Shown: positions 20,446 to 31,138 of the stretch, one piece after another
How positions within the stretch are numbered: position 1 is the first letter of the stretch
Layout of the letters: every line of letters starts with the position of its first letter
Source of the DNA: an uncultured Methanomassiliicoccales archaeon
GTDB taxonomy: Archaea; Thermoplasmatota; Thermoplasmata; Methanomassiliicoccales; UBA472
Assembly: GCA_963695345.1 (NCBI GenBank)
Contig: OY968769.1
Coordinates: 768,001 to 832,000, forward strand
Length of the DNA stretch: 64,000 bases
Reading direction: 5' to 3'
Notes under the pieces: generated by a model
Seen by the model: only the letters and a program-made list of their open reading frames with translations
Database searches by the model: none
Told to the model about the DNA's origin: nothing
Translations under genes and position numbers: made by a program

Positions 20446-21592
20446 TCCTGATCACCTCGATGGGGCTGAGCTTGGAGGACTTGCGGGCCGGGATGGCCGC
20501 CGCCAGACCGGCCGCCAGGATGGCGATGGAGGTGGAAAGCAGAACGAACGCCGGATCGGCCGATATCTGCAGCAGGCTGCTCCCGTCCGGCTGCTTGGTG
20601 AAGGCGGTGAAGCCAATGATCATCACCACCCCCAATATCGCCCCTGCCACCGCCCCCAATACGCCCAGCATGGTCCCCTCGTAGATGAAGATCAGGCTGG
20701 CGTTGCGGTCGGTAATGCCCATGGCCTTCAGTATGCCTATCTGCCTGGACCGTTGCAGCACTTTGATCGCGAGGATACTGGCGATGGCTATGACCACCGA
20801 GGCCAGGACGAACGTCTGGATGATGATGCTGGAGAATCCCTGGCTCTGCAGGCCGCTGAGCAGCTGGGCGTTCTGCTGCTTCCAGTCGGTCACGACGATC
20901 GGCTGCCCGTTGAACTGCACGCGCACCTGCTCCGCCACCTTGTCCGCGGCGAACACGTCCTTGACCTTCATCTCGATGGCGGTCACTCCTCCGCCGTAGT
21001 CGAACATGGCCTGTGCCCCCGCCAGCGGCGTGAGGACCCAGAGCTTGTTGATGGCTTGGACCTTGAGGTCGAAGAGACCGGTTATCGTCAGGGTGAAGTT
21101 CTTCCCCGTCGGGGTGGTTATGCTGAAGGTATCTCCGATTCCCTTGCCCAGCTGGCCGGAGAGGTCCTTTCCGATGGCTACCTCCCCGGACGCGCTCGGG
21201 GCGGATCCTTGATAGATGGCCCTATCCAGATTATAGATGAGGGTGGCGTTCTGGAACTGCAGGCCTCTTACCAGGACCGATATCGTCCGGGAACCGTCCC
21301 TGAGGAACGACGGCGAATCGGCTGACACCGATATCGCGGTTACCGCCGATATCTGGTTCAGGCCGTCGACCATCTGCTGCCAATCGGTCAGAATGGTCAC
21401 GTTGGCGTCGGGGGAGATGGTCACCTGCGGCGAACTCCCCACCGCCGCATCCAGCAGACTGCTCTGCAGGCTGGAGACCAGAGATCCCACGAACACCTGG
21501 ACGGAGACCCCGATGGCGATCCCCAGAACTATGAGGACGGTCTGCACCTTGTTCGACCGGAGGAATCTCAGCGCTATGCGGAACGAGACCAT
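20438..21592 (-). CDS. ABC transporter permease, MacB/FtsX/LolE type
   Basis: LGIAIGV, large extracellular loop, RSRQIGILKAMG and PARKSSKLSPIEVIR; overlaps the ATPase start. Confidence 0.92.
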   Translation of the reverse strand: MVSFRIALRFLRSNKVQTVLIVLGIAIGVSVQVFVGSLVSSLQSSLLDAAVGSSPQVTISPDANVTILTDWQQMVDGLNQISAVTAISVSADSPSFLRDGSRTISVLVRGLQFQNATLIYNLDRAIYQGSAPSASGEVAIGKDLSGQLGKGIGDTFSITTPTGKNFTLTITGLFDLKVQAINKLWVLTPLAGAQAMFDYGGGVTAIEMKVKDVFAADKVAEQVRVQFNGQPIVVTDWKQQNAQLLSGLQSQGFSSIIIQTFVLASVVIAIASILAIKVLQRSRQIGILKAMGITDRNASLIFIYEGTMLGVLGAVAGAILGVVMIIGFTAFTKQPDGSSLLQISADPAFVLLSTSIAILAAGLAAAIPARKSSKLSPIEVIRNG

Positions 21593-21596
21593 GGGA

Positions 21597-22298
21597 TCAG
21601 TCGCCTCCGAGTGCTAAGATCTCTTTGAACGATGACAGGTGCGCATCGGCCCCGATCTCGTTCCAGGCATTCGGGTTGCTTTCCAGGGCCACGCCCCCTA
21701 CGATTATCATGACCTCCTTACCAGGGAATCTCTCCCTGAGCTTCTTTATCGCCCTTCCAGCGGCGAACAGCGCATAGCTGCTGGTGGCGCTGATGCCCAG
21801 TATCTTGGGGTGGAAATACTCCGCCGCGGAGACTATGTCAGCGAACGGGGTGTTGGCCCCGATCAGCGCCACGTCATAGCCAGCTATGGTGAACATGTCC
21901 GCCACCATCCTGATGCCGAGCTCGTGGTATTCCTCGGTGGGGCAGACCAGCACCACCCATCCCTTCCCTTTGGCACCGGGGCGGCCCCTTCTTTCTTTCA
22001 TCACGTAAGCATGACAGCTTTCGATTATGGTGCGTACGATGGAGGTGCGCATATGCTCCTTCCATATGCACCATTGCCTTTCTTTTAGCGGGCATGTCAT
22101 GTTCTTCAATGCGGGCGCCAGTATGCCCTCGTATAATGTGGGAACGTCGACCTCTTCCCGTTCCAGCAGGCCTAGGGCGTAATGGATGGCACCTTCCTTG
22201 TCCTCTGCTGTGAGCAATTCTAGAAACTTGTCATAATGTTCTGTCAACGCACCCACATCCAGTTTGAGCCCACCTTCCGATTGGATTCCCTTGGACAA
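21597..22298 (-). CDS. Stand-alone cobalamin B12-binding domain protein
   Basis: Helical cap with KEH; EYHELGIRMV, IGANTP and IIVGG; ends 4 nt before the permease start. Confidence 0.88.
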   Translation of the reverse strand: MSKGIQSEGGLKLDVGALTEHYDKFLELLTAEDKEGAIHYALGLLEREEVDVPTLYEGILAPALKNMTCPLKERQWCIWKEHMRTSIVRTIIESCHAYVMKERRGRPGAKGKGWVVLVCPTEEYHELGIRMVADMFTIAGYDVALIGANTPFADIVSAAEYFHPKILGISATSSYALFAAGRAIKKLRERFPGKEVMIIVGGVALESNPNAWNEIGADAHLSSFKEILALGGD

Positions 22299-22507
22299 TA
22301 TTTAATTGTTTACGCTGGCCCTGAAAAAACTTGGAACGTTGCTTAGCGGTCTGCCACACTGATCAAGAATTGGATCGTTTATGTGAACGATAGGCAACTT
22401 GATAAGTAGGGCTATGTCCATTTATCATAGAAAAAACCCAAAAAAACCGCTCATTCACAAGATGCACATATAAATCATTCTAATAATTGTTAAACAACGG
22501 GAGAGTA

Positions 22508-24250
22508 ATGCAGATGGTCGATGAAAGCGAAGACTGTTACCATGCGATATTCGAGAATTGCTTTGACGCCCTGATGCTGACAAAGCCCGATGGAAGCATA
22601 CTCGCCGCCAACCATTCGGCCTGCAGTCTGTTCCAGATGAGCCAGGAGGATATCGTCCAGGCAGGCAGATCTGGCATTGTAGAAGACGATTCTGTGTTGA
22701 GGCAGGCTTTATTGGACCGCGAGAAGGAAGGATACGTTTCCGCTGATCTCACCTACATCCGGAAGGATGGTACCAAGTTCATCGGCCAGACCAGGTCCAA
22801 GATGTTCGTCGATCGTGACGGCGTCGAAAAGACCACCATGATAATCAGGGAGGTCACCGACCAGAGGAGGATGGAAAGAGAACTGAATATCAGTGAGAAG
22901 AAGCTTAGGGCGGTTTTTGAGGCGATGGCGGACGCGGCATTCCTCATCGACCAGAAAACCGGCAGGATAATTGACGCGAACCCGACGGCCAGCCGCATTT
23001 ACGGTTATGACCGGGAAGAACTCACCTCGATGAACGCGGTCGATATCTCAAACGAACCGGAGAAAACCTCCATTCTCCTGAGGGATCCTGTGCCTTCGGT
23101 ACCATTGCGTTTCCATCGGCGCAAGGATGGCATGGTATTCCCAGTTGAATTGACCGCCAGTACCTTCATGTTCAGCGGCAACACCATGATAATCACCACC
23201 GCCAGGGACATCACGGAGAGGAGGAGGATGCTCGAGGCTTTGCAGGACAGCGAAGAAAAGTACAAGGATACGTTCGAGACGGTCTCCGATGGCCTGGTCC
23301 TGATCGATCAGGAGGCCGGAACCATCCTGGAATGTAACATATCATTCAACCGGATGCATGGCTATCCCGAGGGCGAGCTGATCGGTTTACCGAATACCAT
23401 AATATCCGCCGAGCCAGAGGTGGAGGGTTTGATCCCTGCACCGGGCCTGAGAAACGTTCCGACCGAATTCCACAGGAGAAAGGACGGCAGCTTGTTTCCG
23501 GTCGAGATCATGACCAGCGTCATGAATCTGCATGGCCGCAAGGTGGTCATCGGCGCTGTAAGGGATACCACGGAAAAGAGACGCACCGAGGAGGCGCTGC
23601 GGCAGGCCAATAGGAGGCTCAACCTGCTCTTCAGCATCACACGGCATGACATCAACAACCAGATCACTTTGCTGGGTGGATATCTCAATCTCCTGGAAGA
23701 TACGAATTCCAACGCCTCGATGGACAAGTATATCCGAGAGGTCAAGACGGCGGCGGGCCGGATATCCACGATGATCCATTTCACCAAGGAATGCGAGATG
23801 ATAGGCGCTCAGGCATCGGCCTGGCAGAACTGCCACTCATTGATAGAGAAGTTCTCCAAGGAATTGAAACTGGACAATATCTGGGTGAATAACGACCTGC
23901 CGAGAGACATCGAGGTCTTTGCAGACCCGCTCATCGGGAAGGTGTTCTACAACCTGATGGACAACGCCATACGTCACGGCGGGAAGACCACGTACATCCG
24001 GTTCGGGGCGCAAGAAAGAGGTGACGCTATGACCCTGACCTGCGAGGATGACGGTATCGGTATCCCTGACAAGGAAAAGGACCTCATCTTCAAGATGGGT
24101 TTCGGCAAGCATACTGGCCTCGGTCTTGCCCTGTCCCGGGAGATCCTGAACATAACGGGGTTGAACATCCGGGAAATCGGGATACCGGGCAAAGGGGCGA
24201 TGTTCGAGATCGAAGTACCGGTCGAGATGCATAGGCGAACTGGTCGGTGA
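22508..24250 (+). CDS. Cytoplasmic three-PAS sensor histidine kinase
   Basis: Three PAS/PAC units (RKDG..FPVE), TRHDINNQI, NLMDNAIRHG and GLGL. Confidence 0.93.
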   Translation: MQMVDESEDCYHAIFENCFDALMLTKPDGSILAANHSACSLFQMSQEDIVQAGRSGIVEDDSVLRQALLDREKEGYVSADLTYIRKDGTKFIGQTRSKMFVDRDGVEKTTMIIREVTDQRRMERELNISEKKLRAVFEAMADAAFLIDQKTGRIIDANPTASRIYGYDREELTSMNAVDISNEPEKTSILLRDPVPSVPLRFHRRKDGMVFPVELTASTFMFSGNTMIITTARDITERRRMLEALQDSEEKYKDTFETVSDGLVLIDQEAGTILECNISFNRMHGYPEGELIGLPNTIISAEPEVEGLIPAPGLRNVPTEFHRRKDGSLFPVEIMTSVMNLHGRKVVIGAVRDTTEKRRTEEALRQANRRLNLLFSITRHDINNQITLLGGYLNLLEDTNSNASMDKYIREVKTAAGRISTMIHFTKECEMIGAQASAWQNCHSLIEKFSKELKLDNIWVNNDLPRDIEVFADPLIGKVFYNLMDNAIRHGGKTTYIRFGAQERGDAMTLTCEDDGIGIPDKEKDLIFKMGFGKHTGLGLALSREILNITGLNIREIGIPGKGAMFEIEVPVEMHRRTGR

Positions 24251-24529
24251 GAAGGAGTTCATATCGATCGATGCCGTCAGGACGGACAGTCAGGACGCAT
24301 AGGATTTCATCCCCGCAGCAAGATGATTATTTTCAATTGTGAATATTGATAATTGGAGATTTAACGGGTGCCATGTCGGATGGAATCAATAACGACCACA
24401 AGAATCGGTGGACAGGGTTCGATTTCTGAAAATAGCCCTCCCAAAGTTATTTCAAATGACGCGTATCAATAATGGATATTATCGCTCCGTGAAACTGAGA
24501 GGTAGCCGAAAACTGGATGGTCCGCCTTG

Positions 24530-24980
24530 AAACCCATGACCCGACGATGCGGCCGAAGATCCCTTTCACTTCTTAGTCGCTGCACAGCCTCCAAAGTTCC
24601 GGCTGGGCCTTTTCTTCCTCGTAGTCGATGTGTTCGAGGTAAGAAGGCCACGAAGCGGTTCCAGGCCAGGTAGAGCTCCTGGAACAGCGCTCTTTTCTCC
24701 GTTGGCGTGACGGAGGCGCCCATCATCATCTCGGCCATGGCCAGGATATCGTCCAGCTAGCGGTGCATCGCCGTGTGGTCCTGCTCCAGCGATGGATATG
24801 GACCTCCTCCATGCGGGCGTGATTGCGCAATTCGTCCCGGAACGCGCCCATGCGGGCGATCAATCCCGACAGGCCCTCGGGGCTTTCCGGCTCGGCCTGG
24901 CCAGCCAGTTCTGAAATGCGGAACATCTCAAGACGCTGGCCCTTGTGTATGTTCTTGTATAGGTCGAAGGTGGATGGCAT
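24530..24980 (-). pseudogene. Degraded hemerythrin (HHE) domain gene
   Basis: DLYKNIHKGQR...HARMEEVHIH/LEQDHTAMHR*LDD...F/YLEHIDYEEEKAQPELWRLCSD*E. It has an internal deletion, in-frame TAG (24757-24759), TAA (24573-24575) and a frameshift. Confidence 0.75.
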
Positions 24981-25133
24981 GGTGAACAGATGGCTGCTGG
25001 ACAGCATATAAGCCGGGCGATGCGCTCGAATAATGAGGGCGAATGCCGGCCCATTCCGGTGTATTGGCCATCGCCGACAATCCGCCCTTGAGGAACGGGG
25101 CCGGGACCGGACCGTCGCATTATGGGAAGGATC

Positions 25134-25532
25134 TCAACGGCCGATCATGCCCGCCAGCATCCTCTCCCCTTGGACAAAGCTAGGGACCCCTCTCAGCCAA
25201 AGGACCATCTTCAGCGTTTCGTAAATCTCGGCATCGCTGGCCCCTGCCCGCTTGGCCTTCTCGAGGACCTTGTGGGTCTGACCCTCCTGCCTCTCCACCA
25301 GTGCCACAGCCAGGGCGATGAGGTGCTTCTCCTTTCGGGTAAGGGCGCCTTCCTTCCATACGTCGTCATACAGGTCGGCGATGACCTTCTCCAGGTTCCC
25401 TCCGATCTCCTCATCGATCTTGCCCGCCCCGGTCAGGGCCAGGGGGACATATCCTATCTTCTCCTCCAGGTCGCACTTGTGGCGGGACTTCCGGCATGCT
25501 CCAGCCTTCTCTTCCGTGGGCGTATCCGTCAT
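25134..25532 (-). CDS. Carboxymuconolactone decarboxylase/AhpD-like protein
   Basis: GALTRKEKHLIALAVA and AKRAGASDAEIYE. Confidence 0.85.
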   Translation of the reverse strand: MTDTPTEEKAGACRKSRHKCDLEEKIGYVPLALTGAGKIDEEIGGNLEKVIADLYDDVWKEGALTRKEKHLIALAVALVERQEGQTHKVLEKAKRAGASDAEIYETLKMVLWLRGVPSFVQGERMLAGMIGR

Positions 25533-25587
25533 GAGTTATCGTTCTCACCGCCACCTATTTCAAGATTGCATCCGGCCATTTCCATGC

Positions 25588-26232
25588 TCAGAGGTTAAGC
25601 GTCACGGAGTACGTCCCCCCATCGGCGACCGTCAAGGTCCGCAGGTCGCTGTGATCGATACCGCTGGTACCAGGCGCCGTCCCGACTATGGTGATCTGTT
25701 TCTGACCGGTGAAGGCCCAGGGAAAACGGTAGGGGATCGATATGATGCGTATCGTCCCGGGGGCGATGTCGTCCTGCTCAACGATAGCGCCATCGATCCG
25801 TACCTCAAAGTGTTCGGTCCGGGTCAGACCCGTGCCTTTGACGGCAACGTTTAGAGTGCTGGTGCAGAGAGGTGCAAAGACCAATGATATTACCATCAAG
25901 ATCAGGACGCCGGTCAGCAGATAGCTCATCCGCGTGAGTGCTTTCCTTGATTTGACCCGGTGGTCCTCCTGCATCTTCCTGCGGGTCATCCCATCATAGG
26001 GCTCGGCTTTCTCCAGGTCGGCCACTCTGAGAGACTGGCCGCATTCTACGCAATACGTCAATGTCCATCCGTTGACGACACCGCAACGCGGACACGTCTT
26101 CGTCCATCGGGAATGCCTCGGATGTTCCTTTGCCCCGGTAATCTGAGAATGGACCGGAAGGTCACGGCCGCATTGGTTACATGCAACGGAATTTTCGGAG
26201 TTGATGGACCCGCAATTTTCGCATTCGATCAA
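25588..26232 (-). CDS. Double zinc-ribbon membrane protein
   Basis: Four CxxC pairs, one TM helix and a small extracellular beta domain. Confidence 0.75.
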   Translation of the reverse strand: MIECENCGSINSENSVACNQCGRDLPVHSQITGAKEHPRHSRWTKTCPRCGVVNGWTLTYCVECGQSLRVADLEKAEPYDGMTRRKMQEDHRVKSRKALTRMSYLLTGVLILMVISLVFAPLCTSTLNVAVKGTGLTRTEHFEVRIDGAIVEQDDIAPGTIRIISIPYRFPWAFTGQKQITIVGTAPGTSGIDHSDLRTLTVADGGTYSVTLNL

Positions 26233-26331
26233 GCCCTTACTTCCTGCCTTGACTTGAGCTAGGAGATAGTGTGGGAGACCCCGGCTTTTAATGGTTGGCG
26301 TTAATGAGCTTGTGCGGGCTTGTTCACTTCG

Positions 26332-26763
26332 TTAGCGCTCTCCGGTTTTATCTCCCACGATCTTTTTAAGGTCGACCTCAACGAACAGTCCTTTTCCTTC
26401 CGCGACCAACGCGTTCGTCCTCCCGTTGACGATGGTCGCGTTGACGTGGATCTTCCGACCGTCCCGCTTCTTGACCTCGGCCTCGCAGACCAAGGGGTCG
26501 CCCACTAAAGCCGGGTTTCGATAGTCTACGGTCATGTTCGCGATGACCGCAACGACATCATCCCGCGCGATGGCATGGAACATCACCTCGTCGAAAAGGA
26601 TGCAGGTCACTCCCCCATGCATCAGGCCAGGATATCCTGTGTACTCCGGCTTCACAATGAATTCTATGTGAGCCTTGTTCCCACGATACTCCTTCTTCAA
26701 ATGGAGACCGGACGGATTGTCCGCCCCGCAGCCGAAGCAACGACTAATGTCTACAGCGTTCAT
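26332..26763 (-). CDS. PaaI-family thioesterase
   Basis: CFGCGADNPSGL and GYPGLMHGG...FDE; GGTGA RBS before the ATG at 26763. Confidence 0.9.
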   Translation of the reverse strand: MNAVDISRCFGCGADNPSGLHLKKEYRGNKAHIEFIVKPEYTGYPGLMHGGVTCILFDEVMFHAIARDDVVAVIANMTVDYRNPALVGDPLVCEAEVKKRDGRKIHVNATIVNGRTNALVAEGKGLFVEVDLKKIVGDKTGER

Positions 26764-26976
26764 GATAGTCACCTGATACCGAACATAAACTGGCGGCATG
26801 ATGCGATGGCGCATCCTAACGCAAGCAGAGAATGTATCTAGGGCAAATAAGAAGGATGCTATTCGAGGCCCGATCAGATTCCCTTGGACCGGGTACTGCC
26901 TCTTCTCGGGACCGGGGCGAATGTCTTTGCGCCCTGATGCAAAGGGATTTAATCTGGCGCTTGGCTATTATTCACC

Positions 26977-27549
26977 ATGAGAAAAATTACCGTGTTCAAT
27001 TACGTCAGCCTTGATGGTTACTTCACCGGACTGCTGGGGGAGATCGACTGGTTCAAGTCGATCAGGAAGGACGAGGAGTTCGATCGAGTAACCCATGAAC
27101 AGGCGAAATCGGGAGGAACCATTCTCCTCGGCCATACGACCTATGAGATGATGAAGAACTACTGGCCCACACCAGAGGCGATAGCGACCGATCCGGGAAT
27201 GGCCAAGGCAATGAACAGCGGGGCGAAGATCGTTTTCTCCCGGAGGCTTGAGAGCGTGGAGGAAGGTCCGAACTGGAAGAACGTCACCCTGATGAAGGAG
27301 ATCAACAAGGAGAACATGACCAAGCTCAAGAAGCAGAAGGGGAAGGACATCGTCATAATCGGCAGCGGATCGGTCGTTCGACAGCTGACCGACCTTGACC
27401 TGGTCGACGAGTATCAGCTGATGGTGGTCCCGGTCATCCTGGGAGCAGGAAAGAGCTTCTTCTCCAACGTCCGGCAGATGGACCTTGAGCTCATGGAAGG
27501 AAAGGTATTCAAAAACGGCGTGGTCCAGCTGAGGTATAGGCCGGCCTGA
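26977..27549 (+). CDS. Dihydrofolate reductase family (RibD C-terminal) protein
   Basis: VSLDGY, LLGHTTYE, VFSRRL, IGSGSV and VDEYQLMVVPVILGAG. Confidence 0.9.
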   Translation: MRKITVFNYVSLDGYFTGLLGEIDWFKSIRKDEEFDRVTHEQAKSGGTILLGHTTYEMMKNYWPTPEAIATDPGMAKAMNSGAKIVFSRRLESVEEGPNWKNVTLMKEINKENMTKLKKQKGKDIVIIGSGSVVRQLTDLDLVDEYQLMVVPVILGAGKSFFSNVRQMDLELMEGKVFKNGVVQLRYRPA

Positions 27550-27616
27550 GGAACGTAGGGCTGCGGCCCTATCCGAAGCTATTCTTTAAGTATCCCGGGC
27601 TCACAGAATCCGATCC

Positions 27617-28066
27617 ATGAGGTCCATTAACCCGTATTTGAACTTCAAGGACAAGACGGAAGAGGCGTTCAATTTTTACCGGTCGGTCCTGGGCGGGGAG
27701 TTCACGATGCTGCAGAGGTTCAAGGACATGCCTCCGGGCATGGGAGAGGTGGCCGAGAGCGAAAAGGAGCTGATACTGCATGTCTCGCTCGTCCTGGAGA
27801 AGGGGGTCGTCATCATGGGCAGCGATGCCCCGGAAGCCCATGGGCTGAAGGTGATCACCGGCAACAACGTCCACATGATGATCAACACAGAAAGCGAAGA
27901 GGAGGCGCAAAGGATCTTCAATGGCCTCTCTGAGGGCGGGAAGGTCACGATGCCGCTGCAGAAGGCGTTCTGGGGAGCCCTGTACGCCTCCTTCTCCGAT
28001 AAGTACGGCGTCAACTGGATGATCAATTACGATCTGCAGCCGAGACCGTTGGAAGCTGGCTTCTGA
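27617..28066 (+). CDS. VOC/PhnB-family protein
   Basis: INPYLNF, EEAFNFY and LSEGGKVTMPLQKAFWGA...DKYGVNW. Confidence 0.92.
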   Translation: MRSINPYLNFKDKTEEAFNFYRSVLGGEFTMLQRFKDMPPGMGEVAESEKELILHVSLVLEKGVVIMGSDAPEAHGLKVITGNNVHMMINTESEEEAQRIFNGLSEGGKVTMPLQKAFWGALYASFSDKYGVNWMINYDLQPRPLEAGF

Positions 28067-28317
28067 CGAATAATGGAGAAGGTCCGGACGATCGGGACGG
28101 TGCGACCGCCCAGGCCGATCTGTATTGACATCGCTCCTGGAGGGGCTGCCGGCTCAATCCTGGCCACCATTTCGTAGCCCGATTGCGATAACCGGTTGGA
28201 AGGTCTCCTTTGCGGCTCCAATCATACTTATAATCACAGTCCGTATAATCCTCGAATTTCCGGCAATGCCTGGAATTCGGTCATGTAAAGTGACCATCGT
28301 CCAAGGGGAGGAATAGG

Positions 28318-29163
28318 ATGAGCAGCAAATTAGGGTCAGCGACTTCGAGGTTCGCGAGCGGAACACCCCCGCAAGACTATTTGGTTAGCGGGGAGAACAT
28401 CAAATGGAGCGGCAAGCCAGCGGCGATCGTGATCTTGGGGAGAGGTCTGCTGCTGACATTGTTTTCCGTGGCCTATTTCATCAGCATGCTTTCCTATAAC
28501 GGTGACCGGGGGAACCTTCTGCCGGTTGCGGTCGGCGCCGTTGCCTGTCTCTTCATGATCTGGGACGAACGCCGCTTTGGGCTCTTGGGAGGTCTGGTGG
28601 GCATCGGGATCGCCGTCGTGGCGATCATCTCGAACGGCGGTCTGAGCTGGTATTGGTACTTGATTCCGCTGGTGTTCGCCCTGATCGTGCTGCTGTTCAA
28701 CTACATCTACCTGAACCGGGTCCTGTTCATCATCACGGACCGGCGGATCATATCCAGATATGGCATCTTCTCCTTACGCTATGCGGAGATCGGGGTCGAC
28801 AAGATCCAGAACGTGACGGTCATACAGCCCTGGTACGAAAGACTGCTCGGCTACGGGGATATCTTCTTCGCCACATCGGGCGAGAAGGGCGGGATCGACT
28901 ACGAATCCCCCGGCCTTAAATTGAGGAGCGGAGGGGCGGTAAGCTGGGAGAATGTCGACAAACCATTCGTGGTAATCAGGATCGCCAGCACGGTGGTCAA
29001 TCCGGCGGCCTCGCCGGTTACGGTGGTCAATCAGCCTGGACCACAACCCACAACAAACAATACATCCGACCGATTGAGGGAACTGGATGACCTGAGACAG
29101 AAAGGCCTGGTCACCCAGCAGGAATACGATGAGAAGAGGAAGCAGATACTGGCAAAGCTTTGA
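28318..29163 (+). CDS. Membrane protein with bacterial PH domain and C-terminal SHOCT domain
   Basis: Four TM helices; ITDRRII...KIQNV...RLLGYGDI; LRELDDLRQKGLVTQQEYDEKRKQIL. Confidence 0.85.
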   Translation: MSSKLGSATSRFASGTPPQDYLVSGENIKWSGKPAAIVILGRGLLLTLFSVAYFISMLSYNGDRGNLLPVAVGAVACLFMIWDERRFGLLGGLVGIGIAVVAIISNGGLSWYWYLIPLVFALIVLLFNYIYLNRVLFIITDRRIISRYGIFSLRYAEIGVDKIQNVTVIQPWYERLLGYGDIFFATSGEKGGIDYESPGLKLRSGGAVSWENVDKPFVVIRIASTVVNPAASPVTVVNQPGPQPTTNNTSDRLRELDDLRQKGLVTQQEYDEKRKQILAKL

Positions 29164-29315
29164 GCCAGGACGATAAAGGATGGATGGAGACCCGTCCCAG
29201 GTAAGAATGGCGGATTGGGAAACCCCGATGATGCCCCGTTACCATATCTCAGAGATCACCGTTCTGAACGGCACAGTGATTGATAGGCCTGATTTCTGAC
29301 GCCTTCGATTCCTGT

Positions 29316-30656
29316 TCAGGACCCGATTGCTCTTTCCTCATCTATTGGCTCCCCCGATTTCTGTACCGGGATTCCAGTAATCCTTACCTGGACGATGCGT
29401 TTTCCAGCGACCTTCTCTACCTGGAACACCAGCCCTTCATACTCCACCGTGGGTTTCTCCTTGACCGCTGGTATCCTTCCTAACTGACCGGTCAGGAAAC
29501 CGTTCAACGTGTCATACTCTTCCTCCGGAAGATGCACTCCGGTCAGATCGCTGATCTTTTCCAGACCGACGACTCCCTTCACCAGATAGGTGTTGCCGTC
29601 GATCGTTTCAATTTCATTTTCTTCCTCATCGAACTCGTCGCACAGACCCCCGACGATCTCCTCCAGGATATCCTCCACGGTCACGATGCCGGCGGTCCCC
29701 CCGTACTCGTCGACGACGATGGCGATATTCTGTTTCTCCTTCTGGAATTTCTTCAGCATATCGTTGATGGGGATGCCCTCGGGGACCGACAGGATGTTCC
29801 TGATCATACCGTCAAATCCTTCCAGGTCATTGCGGATCTTGTGTTCGTAAATATCTTTGATATTGATGAAACCGACCACATTGTCGGTGTTGTCCACACA
29901 CACCGGATATCTGGTATATTTCTCCCTCATGGCCGTATCCAGTACACTGTCGATGGAATCCCCCTTGAAAACACATACTATGTCCATGCGAGGCACCATC
30001 ACGTCCTTGACGATCTTGTCCGAACTTTCAAAGATATTGTCCACATATGTCAGCTCAGTCTTGTCGATAAGACCGTGCTTGTAACTTTCCTCGGCCAATA
30101 TCATGATCTCTTCGTCCGAGTGGGCCGATCCGTGCACATCTGCCATCGAGCGGCCCATAAGCCTGAGCAAACCGTTCGTGGCATGGTTGAACAGCCACAT
30201 TATCGGATAGGTCAACTTGTAGAAAAAGACCAGAGGCATTGCCGTGGCGGTGGAATACTTCACTGCATCCAGTATCGCCAGTGACTTAGGGACGAGCTCT
30301 CCCAACACGATGTGAAGGATCGTGATCATCAAGAAACCCACAGCGATGGAGACGGTGTGGATCATGCCCTCGTCCAACCCGACATAGCTCAGGAGCGGCC
30401 CTATCAACGCCGAGACCACTGGTTCGCCTATCCAACCTAAAGCAAGCGAGGCGATCGTTATTCCCAATTGACAGGCGGACAGGTATGAGTTCAGATCATT
30501 GACCACTTTCTGAGCATATCTCGCTCCGATACCGCCACTGGATGCGAGGACGTCGATCTGCGTTTTTCTGACCTTAACCAGCGCGAACTCCGCGATGACG
30601 AAGAACGCATTCATCGCGATGAAGAAGATGACTAAGAAAATATCCAGAATAATCAT
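29316..30656 (-). CDS. Hemolysin/TlyC-family (CNNM-CBS-CorC) membrane protein
   Basis: AFFVIAEFAL, CQLGITIASL, VLGELVPK and VVDEYGGTAGIVTVEDILEE. Confidence 0.95.
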   Translation of the reverse strand: MIILDIFLVIFFIAMNAFFVIAEFALVKVRKTQIDVLASSGGIGARYAQKVVNDLNSYLSACQLGITIASLALGWIGEPVVSALIGPLLSYVGLDEGMIHTVSIAVGFLMITILHIVLGELVPKSLAILDAVKYSTATAMPLVFFYKLTYPIMWLFNHATNGLLRLMGRSMADVHGSAHSDEEIMILAEESYKHGLIDKTELTYVDNIFESSDKIVKDVMVPRMDIVCVFKGDSIDSVLDTAMREKYTRYPVCVDNTDNVVGFINIKDIYEHKIRNDLEGFDGMIRNILSVPEGIPINDMLKKFQKEKQNIAIVVDEYGGTAGIVTVEDILEEIVGGLCDEFDEEENEIETIDGNTYLVKGVVGLEKISDLTGVHLPEEEYDTLNGFLTGQLGRIPAVKEKPTVEYEGLVFQVEKVAGKRIVQVRITGIPVQKSGEPIDEERAIGS

Positions 30657-31138
30657 TTACCTATTCAATCCTTCTGTAATTTATGTAATGTATATCTATA
30701 TTAAATAGAAAATGGCAAAATGCCATAACCCATACCTACAACAATTCATCACCGATTTCATAAATAAAGTTATCTTCGCCATCAGAACTGGAGTGATGAC
30801 CGTTCTGGACGCGTACTGACTGGCCAATCGACCCATCCTTCACTCATGCGATCCCTCCGTTCTCTTGACTCCATGGCATGATTGAAAGAATGCGGCAAGA
30901 ACTGCGTATTCATTAGATCCGATAGACCATATCGTTGTTTCTTTTTAAAGGCAGTTCTCAATTGTTGGAGGGCCTTTGCCGATTTCATCACGCCCGCGGC
31001 TGTCGGCAGTTCCTAGGTCTTTCATAGCGGCCATGCTGACCGACTCTCATTGACATCAGTGCCATATCTGGACTGATGGGAGAGGTATCCTAACGCGAAG
31101 TCGCTTGAACCCTCATTACGGCCGGGACCATTTGAATG

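Noticed and set aside
24757-24759. In-frame TAG in the hemerythrin-like gene as a pyrrolysine codon
   Set aside because: The same gene also has a TAA, a deletion and a frameshift, so a nonsense mutation in a pseudogene is simpler.
26865-26976. Alternative hairpins upstream of the DHFR-like gene as a riboswitch
   Set aside because: A TTTAAT box lies ~25-30 nt before the ATG, implying a near-leaderless transcript that excludes the structure; there is no known aptamer motif.
29316-30656. Hemolysin toxin
   Set aside because: The CNNM/CBS/CorC architecture indicates a magnesium/metal homeostasis membrane protein; the name is historical.
30790-30850. GTGATGA...CTGA as a C/D-box sRNA
   Set aside because: Only a C box and one D-like box were found; no second C'/D pair or identifiable target.
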